Shown piece by piece: positions 1-11,002 of a stretch of 35,596 nt of DNA. Where the stretch lies: the NCBI RefSeq assembly GCF_001194135.2, contig NC_068981.1, positions 12,432,183 to 12,467,778 on the forward strand, given 5' to 3'. This DNA comes from Octopus bimaculoides (Eukaryota). Under the pieces are notes generated by a model. That model saw only the letters and a list, made by a program, of their open reading frames with translations, was not told where the DNA came from and did not search any database. How positions within the stretch are numbered: position 1 is the first letter of the stretch; the number at the start of each line of letters is the position of its first letter. Position numbers and translations under genes: made by a program.

Positions 1-38
<38 letters not shown>
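1..38. repeat. (TG)n microsatellite
   Basis: Uninterrupted TG dinucleotide run at the window start. Confidence 0.95.
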
Positions 39-40
<2 letters not shown>

Positions 41-480
41 TGTGCGTAGGTATGTGTTTCAGTGGGTGGCTGTAGTTGTATTATCAGCTTATTATTTATC
101 GGCCATGTGGTGAAATTCTCAAATTCGTTTGAAATTTCATTGGAATCAAATCCCTGGAAATTTATATTTTCACTCAAAGTGTTGAGCATACAAATTGCTG
201 ATGTCATTCGTATTGACAACTTACATGTTAATTCATGCTAATACATTAAACGACGTCTTCTTATCAACTGAAGGATTCAATGGACGAATTAATACTCCAA
301 TACCAGAGGTAATCAAACGTATGAATCTCCCTGGAGAACGTTATGCTGATATACTTCGAATATTGATTACATTGCAGTTAAACTTTTAATTAGTTTTTCT
401 TTTTCTATATCGTGTGTGTGTGTGTGTGTGTGATTTATATATACATCAAGTGGCGTACGTACACTTTTGCTCTCCTTATA

Positions 481-504
481 AGTAAATAAGTAAGTAAGTA
501 AGTA

Positions 505-556
<52 letters not shown>
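481..556. repeat. (TAAG)n followed by (TA)n compound microsatellite
   Basis: Directly visible. Confidence 0.9.
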
Positions 557-559
<3 letters not shown>

Positions 560-883
560 TTAAAAGGTCAGCAAAAGTTCACGCACGCTGCTATATGTGT
601 ATATAAATCCCCTAAATGGGAAAAGAACGCAACAGATGATGATAAGACACCCGAAGCAATAGACGATACGAAGATGGACCAGAGAAAACAAAAATTATTC
701 ACCGAGAGACCAAACCAATGACGGGCAATGCCTGGCTTTCTCTCCTCAGTCAAGTTTCCAGATTACCCTTACTGTTTCGGCCGGTTATACGTAGACTGCT
801 TAAATGTAGCTGGCCTTAAGAATCTAAGCTAAGAGCATTAAATATTTTGGGAGAAAGTAAGTGAATGTGTACAACAAAGATAA

Positions 884-899
884 AATAATAATAATAATC

Positions 900-943
<44 letters not shown>
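884..943. repeat. (TAA)n microsatellite, interrupted once
   Basis: Directly visible. Confidence 0.9.
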
Positions 944-944
<1 letters not shown>

Positions 945-2699
945 TGGCTGAGAAATGTTACGCAATTACAAATACAAACAACAAGAAAATAACAACAGGT
1001 GCCTTTCCACTAACAAAGACAATCAGTTTGAGCTGGTGTGTGAGGAGGGTAAGCCTTGAGGCAGGAAATGCATGAATTTAAGAGATTAAGTCTGGAGACA
1101 GGAATAGAATATGAGATGCTTTGTGACTGGTAATCGAGCTAAGAAAAAATGATCATGCTTCGCCGAACGCTGGTCACGTAGATAGAAAGAGAGAACTAGT
1201 AGGCAGAGTGATTGAAGAATTGGAGGAGAACGATAAAGAGAGAAAAAAATCAAAGGGACACAGAGAAGGTACAAGGGAGATAAAGAAAGAGAAGGCCAAG
1301 AAATGTGAGAGAAGGGGAGCGAGAAAAAGAAAGGAGGAAAGAAGGAAGAAAGCATGAGGTGCAATATAAACATCTCTCTCTCTCTCTCTCTCTNNNNNNN
1401 NNNNNNNNNNNNNNNNNNNNNNNNNNNNNNNNNNNNNNNNNNNNNNNNNNNNNNNNNNNNNNNNNNNNNNNNNNNNNNNNNNNNNNNNNNNNNNNNNNNN
1501 NNNNNNNNNNNNNNNNNNNNNNNNNNNNNNNNNNNNNNNNNNNNNNNNNNNNNNNNNNNNNNNNNNNNNNNNNNNNNNNNNNNNNNNNNNNNNNNNNNNN
1601 NNNNNNNNNNNNNNNNNNNNNNNNNNNNNNNNNNNNNNNNNNNNNNNNNNNNNNNNNNNNNNNNNNNNNNNNNNNNNNNNNNNNNNNNNNNNNNNNNNNN
1701 NNNNNNNNNNNNNNNNNNNNNNNNNNNNNNNNNNNNNNNNNNNNNNNNNNNNNNNNNNNNNNNNNNNNNNNNNNNNNNNNNNNNNNNNNNNNNNNNNNNN
1801 NNNNNNNNNNNNNNNNNNNNNNNNNNNNNNNNNNNNNNNNNNNNNNNNNNNNNNNNNATATATATATATATATATAAATATACATATATATATACACATA
1901 CATGTATATATACATGCATATTTATATATACATACGTAGATGTATATATACTTATATATATAATGTTTAATAAACATACATGTATGTGTGTGTATATATG
2001 CACATCTGTATATACATGTACAACTTTTTGCACATGTGAATATTAATACAATAAACTCGCACATATATATTTGTATGATTGGAGAAAAGTGGAAATGTGT
2101 TTGTTTGTCTGTTCATAATGGTAATGACGTGTAAAATTTCTTCATTTGTTTATAATTCTCTGTTCACATCCCGACATATTTTCAAGGGCGTGTTCAGATT
2201 TTTTTTTTTTCTGTTCAAATTAAATTTACCATCTATAATAATCTAACACTTGCTTCTTCATGTATTTCTCAGTGGAAATGATCAAAAGGAAGAGTAATTC
2301 TTCTTTGCAACATCTTATATTATTAGATTAGCAGTTATACGATAAACACTTTCAGTAATACTTTCTGGAAATAGGAAGAGATCAGGAATAAATAATCCCT
2401 TTAATTGATTTTGCATCACACATCTGAGATGTATTCATCCACTACGTAAAATTGCCAGAGGAGCAACGAAAAACGCATACTGCATTCAAAATATACATAC
2501 ATTAATATATATATTAACACTGGCATACACACACACACACACACACACACGTGTATTTGCATGAGTGAATGTATATATAAATATATATAGAGAGAGACAA
2601 ACACGGAGACAGAGAGAGCCATATGTACACATAATGTATCCATACGTACACCGCACACAAACACACACGCATATATACTTAAATACATACACACATACA

Positions 2700-2731
<32 letters not shown>

Positions 2732-5641
2732 AAAATACACATATATACACAGAAAAAACATGCATATACATATACATATATACATATACAAAAATACATA
2801 TAAATATACATATATATATATANNNNNNNNNNNNNNNNNNNNNNNNNNNNNNNNNNNNNNNNNNNNNNNNNNNNNNNNNNNNNNNNNNNNNNNNNNNNNN
2901 NNNNNNNNNNNNNNNNNNNNNNNNNNNNNNNNNNNNNNNNNNNNNNNNNNNNNNNNNNNNNNNNNNNNNNNNNNNNNNNNNNNNNNNNNNNNNNNNNNNN
3001 NNNNNNNNNNNNNNNNNNNNNNNNNNNNNNNNNNNNNNNNNNATATATATATATATATATATATATAAGACGTTTTACTCGTCATCCTACATTAGTTAAT
3101 TAACGTATAGTTAATGCAGAAACGAACGGCAAATGGACACAGAATGTCAAGTTGAAAAGCATATAATAAATGCACAAGCGAACGGAAAATGGACACAAAA
3201 GATCCCTAACTCCCCATCACTTACCGACCAGAGGGTCAGACCCACTTTCGTGCCTCTAACGATAATATTGATTCCCTTCCAGTGTCAGCTGGTGAAAGCT
3301 GCAGGGAGAATTCAACCGAAATATAACAGACCGCGAACACACAAAGTAGAAATAGATAAACAGAAGTGATCATACGCAGTAACTGATATACATATTCATT
3401 GCTGATATAATATGCATGTGCAATTATGACAAAGCGGTGAATATGTATTTATATGAAATATTTTAGAACTTGGAAAATTTCAATTCAATTATGAAGAAGT
3501 GAAGAATTTCGAATCAAGAACGTTGTTCTGTAGCAATACGTAATAGAAATAGATCAAATTTTCTTGATTTCGAACGTCAACCCTTCTAGAATATATATTA
3601 ACAATGCGTCTATATTTCAATTAAGGACCAGTGAGTATTAAAATTCCCCAACAAAACATCTCAAGATTGATCGTAGTAGACATTATCAATTACAAAGTTG
3701 GACAATTTCCAACAACTTTCAAGTCTTGTGATTCAGTTCTCTTGTTGCACATCACCATGGTATAGTCTGTATGTGACTTCAACTGATGTTTTGGAATATG
3801 ATAGGAATGTTTAAACAAGTTTGTGCATAATTAAATTCAATTTGATGAACTCCTGAGAAAGTTTACAAAAATTCTGAAGGAAACTGAGGTAAGTTGCTTG
3901 TCATTAACCATTATGAACTGGCTGAATTTTCTGCATACCATGTTATTATGGCTAAATTCATTCCAGAGAATTGTAATGCGCAGCACTGATGTGAGTAGCC
4001 AAACTGAGTATTTCAGCCAAATATTGAATTCGCGCATTCACACAAAGATGTCTACACGATTCATATAATGATATAAAGTTGACTACATTGGCTATCCGTT
4101 TCATACTATGGATATAACACTATAACACACAGTCGATGGTAACTTGGCATCGATGAGAACAATAGTTTTGCAAAACAAATAGGTGCCCTTGTATATATTT
4201 ACAAATCAGTGGACCAAATATGATGTAGAAAGATTAATCAGGAAATTCCAGCAGTAGGTCTGTACATTGTGTATTTAAGATGAATCAATGAAAGTCAAAG
4301 ATACGCATTGAGAGTTTAAAAACTAGAGAGGAACAAAACACATATAGTTATATGTTCTATCTAATGATATAAGAATAGTGGCAATTGACTTCGTTTTTAG
4401 CAAATAGCCTGTAATTCACTTAAGGCTATCAATGTCATTTGATTTTATAATGTAAGTGGGCGTAACCCAATGCTGATAAAACTTGGTCCAGTAAAGTACG
4501 AATTATTGTTATTGTCCATTTGATCACACAGACTAATTATTTGAGAATACTAAAAATGAGATATACAATGTATACCGACATGCAATGAAAGTGTTACTTG
4601 CCAATATACAAAACATATGCATTATTTCACGCAAAAAACATCTGTATGTTGTTTGGTGGCTTTAGACGCGATCTAACACTAATATAATTGATCTAGAATT
4701 GAACATGATTCATCCGTTATCATTCCGACTTTCGCCTTTCGACACATTGCATGTATCCATTTCAATGTTTCATTCGTTTCGTTAGAACTTCGGGTAGTCT
4801 TAACTACGATTTTTAAGAGTACAAACGGCCACGTAGAATGCTTTTTAGTTCTCAAAGTTTTCATTTGATACATTGACTCGGCAGCATACATGCGTAAGGT
4901 TTGGTTTCATAGAAGCCGTTATATTTTTTGTCGTAATAAATATCCTCAACATTTTTCAAAGAATTCGATATTGTAATATTCTAGATAATGACCATCTTCT
5001 ACATATCCAATCATTCTAAAACGTTTGAGTCCAGAATGTTTTCTAAAACTGATTAACCTGGATAAAGATTCAATATATCGTAAAAATTATCTAGCAGCGA
5101 ACTACATGCAATTCGTCTGGCAGTAGGTATGATGTTGCTATCCTCTTAAAGGAATCATTGAGATATAAACTGTGCTAGCATCACTAGCCTAATATTCTTT
5201 TTAAAATAAAAACATCAGTTGCTGTAGTGCATAATGGTACTATTATACAGTTGAGACATAAATGAACCATTACATCAGGTGATACTTGCTTATGAGCAAT
5301 CTTAAATGTATAAATACAAATAGTAATTGCAAGACAACGTTGTACTCATCATCCTACAAATGCTGACGTTGAAAATATAACGATAGTCAATACGATACGC
5401 ATTACCTACTTACAGTGAGATTTAAACGGTTACTCAGAGTAAGATCTTTGCTCCTGAGAAAGTATTAGAGAGAGTTTCCTTCGTTTGTTACAGACCATTA
5501 ACAACAACATAGATGGTACTTCAGAAATAACTCATTTCCTCAAATCTAGAGATAATTAATTGGTCACTAATAGAAACATTTTAACGAGTATGGCCAACTT
5601 GTTGATATTCAGGTTTAAGTGGCTGTACCACTATATATTCA

Positions 5642-5643
<2 letters not shown>

Positions 5644-5685
<42 letters not shown>

Positions 5686-5721
5686 TAGATAGATAGATAG
5701 ATATGTGTGTGTGTGTGTATG

Positions 5722-5766
<45 letters not shown>

Positions 5767-5790
5767 GTGTGTATATATATTTATATATAT
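5644..5790. repeat. Compound (TA)n/(GATA)n/(TG)n microsatellite
   Basis: Directly visible. Confidence 0.9.
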
Positions 5791-6353
5791 GTATCAGTAA
5801 TTTAAGGCAGTTTGCCATATAAAATGAACAAGATATTTCCATGAAGAGTTTTTCATCTTTACTGCGATAAGCTCCCCTTAAGCCTAGCTTTCGATTTGTC
5901 CATTTAGAATATAAAATTATGTTATTTTACTGTACATTTATCCGTTAAGTGTAGTTTCCTTGGATATCATGACTGTATTCATACTTCTACGGATATTAAA
6001 TAGCGTTTCCAAATGAAATATATTTTACCTGAATTCATTTTTATTTCCATCTGGAACTTACCTGTAAAAAAAAAGAAAAAGAAATTAAGATATTGACATA
6101 CTTAAAAGCACTTCATTATGTTCGAATGTTTTAAAAATAATAATCATAATAAATAATACTGGTAGTCACATTGATATATACGTATACATCCATACATTCA
6201 TTCATAAATACATACATACATACCTACATACATACATATACCCACATATAAATGTGTGTGTGTATATATGTATTGTAGTATTTCGAGATGATCATCTATT
6301 TTTTTTTGCAAAATAAACACACGCACTATATATTCGTGCATGTCCTGCTCTTT

Positions 6354-6376
6354 CACTGAATAATAATAATAATAAT

Positions 6377-6422
<46 letters not shown>

Positions 6423-6846
6423 CANNNNNNNNNNNNNNNNNNNNNNNNNNNNNNNNNNNNNNNNNNNNNNNNNNNNNNNNNNNNNNNNNNNNNNNNNNNN
6501 NNNNNNNNNNNNNNNNNNNNNNNNNNNNNNNNNNNNNNNNNNNNNNNNNNNNNNNNNNNNNNNNNNNNNNNNNNNNNNNNNNNNNNNNNNNNNNNNNNNN
6601 NNNNNNNNNNNNNNNNNNNNNNNNNNNNNNNNNNNNNNNNNNNNNNNNNNNNNNNNNNNNNNNNNNNNNNNNNNNNNNNNNNNNNNNNNNNNNNNNNNNN
6701 NNNNNNNNNNNNNNNNNNNNNNNNNNNNNNNNNNNNNNNNNNNNNNNNNNNNNNNNNNNNNNNNNNNNNNNNNNNNNNNNNNNNNNNNNNNNNNNNNNNN
6801 NNNNNNNNNNNNNNNNNNNNNNNCACTGAATAATAATAATAATAAT

Positions 6847-6892
<46 letters not shown>

Positions 6893-6894
6893 CA
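6354..6894. repeat. (TAA)n tract present as identical 71-bp copies on both sides of an N-gap (6354-6424 = 6824-6894)
   Basis: Both copies read cactgaa(taa)n..tatta(ataa..)aaca with the same interruption; gap is 6425-6823. Confidence 0.9.
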
Positions 6895-7818
6895 ACTGGA
6901 AAATTAAACACTACATGGGTAATACCTCAGGGAAATCGAAGGAAAGGACAAGAGCAACTCTTGAAGATGGCTAAGAAAAGGTGATCTGGAAGGATGCCCT
7001 GATGCATTGATATACAGCGCTGAGGAACAAGCTCTGAGAACCACTTACACCAGGTTCCAGATAGATAAGTATAGCGAATCGCCCCTGTGTAGGATGCATG
7101 TCAGTAGTAACGAAACAATATCATATATTGTGAGTGAGTATAGCAGTCTGGTTCAAATGCACTACAAAAGGAGGCATGATCACGTGACTAAATTCGTCCA
7201 CTGGGGGTCATGTGAAAAGTACGGCCTGAACAGACCATGAAAATGGTACGATCAAAATCCAAAAGAAATCACTGCAAAGAAGGAATATAAGGTACTGTGG
7301 GACTTTACATTCCAGCATGACTCCCTAATCAAGGTTCGGAGACGAGATATTGATGTGGTAGATAAAGGGAACACGGAAACCGAGACCATAAATATTGCAA
7401 TACCTGGAGATGCATGCATAAGTGACAAAGTACAAGAAAAGATAGAAATGCACAGACTACTAAAAGACGAAATTGCAAGAATGTGGACTATGTGGAGAGT
7501 GTCTGTCATTCCAGTAGTTGTAGGGGCACTCGGAGGCACTAAAAACCAAGTTAGAGAAATATGTCAAAGAAATTAGAATTAACAGAAGAACAAAGCAAAT
7601 ATCCGAAAAGCACTGTGCTAAGGACGGCCAACATTTTAAGTTTGACATTCGGATGTCGAATGTCTTCCACATTAATTAACAACCAAGCATGGAAGGTTAT
7701 GATGTGCAAAAAGATAATCTATGAGAACCTTGACAGCAGGCTCCTGTGAGCTCTCACACAATCTGCCAGAAGAAACAAGACCAAATATTCTGAGAAGCAA
7801 AACAAAATAAAAATAGAT

Positions 7819-7819
<1 letters not shown>
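6891..7819 (+). mobile_element. 5'-truncated, decayed R4/Dong-like non-LTR retrotransposon (C-terminal zinc knuckle and restriction-like endonuclease region plus 3' UTR)
   Basis: One frame from 6893 to ~7545 reads QLEN*TLHG*YLREI..S*RWLRKGDL..LIYSAEEQALRT..PLCRMH..ETISYIVSEY..YKRRHDHV..VHW..*KWYDQNP..KVLWDFTFQHD..RRRDIDVVDK..INIAIPGD..EKIE..L..EIARMW..VIPVVVGALG. After a frameshift it continues KSTVLRTANIL. This matches the LHG/WL/QAL/CCHC/RHD/LWDF/PD..D/GALG/LGTARIL motif order of R4/Dong-clade LINEs. Four in-frame stops. Confidence 0.88.

Positions 7820-7886
<67 letters not shown>
7820..7886. repeat. (GAT)n microsatellite at the 3' end of the LINE fragment
   Basis: Directly visible. Confidence 0.95.
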
Positions 7887-8433
7887 AATCAGATTTTCCA
7901 CTGAATTATAAATATGGTTTATGTTTAAAACAGAATCCGAAGCAAAGTAGTATCGTATTGCCAAAACGCGCACGCGTGCTGTTTGCTTCAGGTTAATTAC
8001 GATTTATTCAGTAACAGATATTATTGCAGAAAACATTACATTTTAAAACCAGTTTATTGGATAAAGAACAATGTAAGCNNNNNNNNNNNNNNNNNNNNNN
8101 NNNNNNNNNNNNNNNNNNNNNNNNNNNNNNNNNNNNNNNNNNNNNNNNNNNNNNNNNNNNNNNNNNNNNNNNNNNNNNNNNNNNNNNNNNNNNNNNNNNN
8201 NNNNNNNNNNNNNNNNNNNNNNNNNNNNNNNNNNNNNNNNNNNNNNNNNNNNNNNNNNNNNNNNNNNNNNNNNNNNNNNNNNNNNNNNNNNNNNNNNNNN
8301 NNNNNNNNNNNNNNNNNNNNNNNNNNNNNNNNNNNNNNNNNNNNNNNNNNNNNNNNNNNNNNNNNNNNNNNNNNNNNNNNNNNNNNNNNNNNNNNNNNNN
8401 NNNNNNNNNNNNNNNNNNNNNNNNNNNNNNNNN

Positions 8434-8466
<33 letters not shown>

Positions 8467-10961
8467 ATATGTTTATATATATATAGAGGGAGAGAAAAAG
8501 AAAGAAAGAGAGACTGACTGAGAGAGATAGAGAGGGGCAGGCAGAAAGAAATAATTAGAACTTAGGTGGCACATTGAATATCTAAAATTCAACGTTTTAG
8601 TCATTGTGTAGCTCACATGTGAACTAGAATCAATAGGTAGATCTTAGAATTTTTCCTATTGTTAAGCTGCTGTAGTTATTGAAACGTTTTCAATATAAAA
8701 TCTATTAAGTTATGTTATTTAAGTATATATGGTTCTTCATATTTCTGGATTATGTTATAACGTATATTCAATGTAATATTGTATCAATAAGATTATTAAA
8801 AATCTCCTACTGCATATTACGTTATTAGCCCTCAATAAAACACGAAGTGTTTGCGAAGTGATTACCAAGTGCAGTATATCGTGCAAAATAATATAATCAA
8901 GTAGTCTGTCATATGATGTCATAGAAATCATCTCAAATATACATTTTATTTTTAGATGACAGTTATGATACAATAAATGCCGGTTGATTTCTTACAAGTC
9001 ATTAATCCTAAAGTGAATAACCGATCAATTTCAAGTCAATATATTTCTTATATACTGCCATATACTACATGTAATTAAGACCATGTGTGTGAGATGGTGT
9101 GTGTACCTATGTACATACGCTCATGCATGAAAGCAATAAAAAGATACTTAAATATCAGAGCAGTGAGAGTAATATATCTTTGTGTGATATACTAAATAGA
9201 ACTTGCAAGTATATTGCATAATTTCTAAAATATTTACATGACATTTATCATCCGCTGATATAGAAATATATTCTTAGTTGTCGTTATTTTCTGGGCCTTA
9301 ATGAAGACAGACCACATATTGTTTCCCAAACGTTACAGTTATCTATTCCCATATAAAAGTTTCGTTTCTCATATTTTGTATTGGTGTCAATGACATCTGG
9401 ATGGAAGAATTAGTGACATTTCTTGCTACCGTCAGCATCTAAAGGGTAATTGGTGACATTAATTCCTTCTTTGGGTCTAAAGCAGCCGTTACCAAATGGA
9501 ATGTGCCCTACTCGCCTCCCGGACTCTGATGGCGGCAGGTAGCAAAATGTAAAATGGTGCGTCCTCCAAAATATAATTACCCCGAGAAAAGCACTGAAAT
9601 TTTATGACAACATTCGGCGAAAGAAAGCTTAGTGTTTACGAGTAGATTGTCATCAACTATAAAGTGCGTTTCAATGAAAATACTCTTTGCTGGTGCACCG
9701 TATGCAATGTATACATGTGGTGCAACAAGGCACGCAACCATGCCTGATATATGTACTGAAAAAGTGGGTTTTACGCTCTCCATTGTAGTTGAGCGATGCA
9801 ACTTTAATATTTCATTGAAATGTATCTGGTTGCAGACATATTTTAATGCACATAAACCTCTTGAACGTCAACAATAATTAGTGAAAGCCTACAGAATAAG
9901 TCTCTGAATATCAATGTATTCACCATCAAGAGGAAGAATAAAGACACTACTCTGGACTTCCAATAAAAATAACATTTTGTTGTGTTCCAGTATATATCTT
10001 TATCAAAGAGAGTAGCATTCTCTTTTCAGCCCCGTCCTACAATTAGATAATTGTCTTGTTTTTGAATGCACGGTCCGTAATCTAACATTATTCATAGATT
10101 CATGTATTATAATTCTTACCATTTCTATGTCAAAATATGACAAGCTATCATGTATCTGAATAGTTAAACCAACACTAAAGTATTACCAGTATGTTATACA
10201 TGTTATCATATCATAAATACCATCCATCTATAGTTGTAGGTGACTCTTCCTCTGAAATGTATCATGCTTTAATGTTAGATGCGATTGTACCACATACATC
10301 AATTTCTGTCTCATGGTTCCATGATCAATGAAAATATTTCTGAAGATACCGTGCAAAATATTTTAGTTGATCACACTTTGATCATCTCCTAGTAATAGAC
10401 GGTGTTTAACTTTTTACAATCAAATATACAAATATAAACAACTAGCAAAGCAGTCCACACCATAAGTTTACAGGCACTGCTATATCCGACCTTTCATCAT
10501 CCACAGTGCAGCATGTTTTTAAGGTGATGTCACATTTTCCGCATTATCCGTTGGATAAGTCTCCACCGAACCTTCGTTTCTTTCAGCTTTCGTTTCCATC
10601 TTAAAAGGCAATCCAAAATCCACCTCTTTCCGGAGCAAATTTAGTAGGGTTGTCCCTTTAATCAGCAAATACTTCGCTTGACATTTGAAGATCTGTTTTA
10701 CATTAATACCTCAGTCGATCACTTGTTTATATAATTCTGACCTGAGACCTGCAGATATTATGTTATATAATTACACAGGAATTTTATTTGATTGACACCA
10801 TGGTTTCTATGCAGATATAGTATATATGTTTCACCCTCTCCACGCTATTTTAAATATCATTATAGAAAACATGTAAATCAGCTACCACCCGCACCACCAC
10901 TACCACCACTAAGACGATAACCACCACGCTTTTTCATCACTTTTAATATGTTTAACTACAA

Positions 10962-11002
10962 CATTCTACTTCCAGGTTTACAGGTCCCGAAAATGAGTTT
11001 TA
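10962..11002 (-). mobile_element. Short decayed SINE 3'-end fragment
   Basis: Shares attct..ct..aggt..acaggtcccgaaa with the end of the SINE at 23113-23337. Confidence 0.35.

Noticed and set aside
62-389. Two overlapping plus-strand open frames (GGCSCIISLL..NSC* and ..NTLNDVFLSTEGFNGRINTPIPE..) after an AG
   Set aside because: They need a frameshift to join and show no recognisable domain; this length is reachable by chance.
560-883. GC-richer segment ending in (TAA)n, possibly another LINE 3' end
   Set aside because: No R4/Dong or other diagnostic motif in any frame; cannot be classified without a repeat library.
2230-2364. Minus-strand AG..GT segment with an Ig-like peptide (ANLII*DVAKKNYSSF)
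   Set aside because: Stops in all frames and no conserved Cys.
9646-9747. CWCTVCNVYMWCNKARNH resembling a piggyBac C-terminal Cys-rich domain
   Set aside because: Only a partial motif, with no upstream DDD domain and no TTAA-flanked TIR seen.
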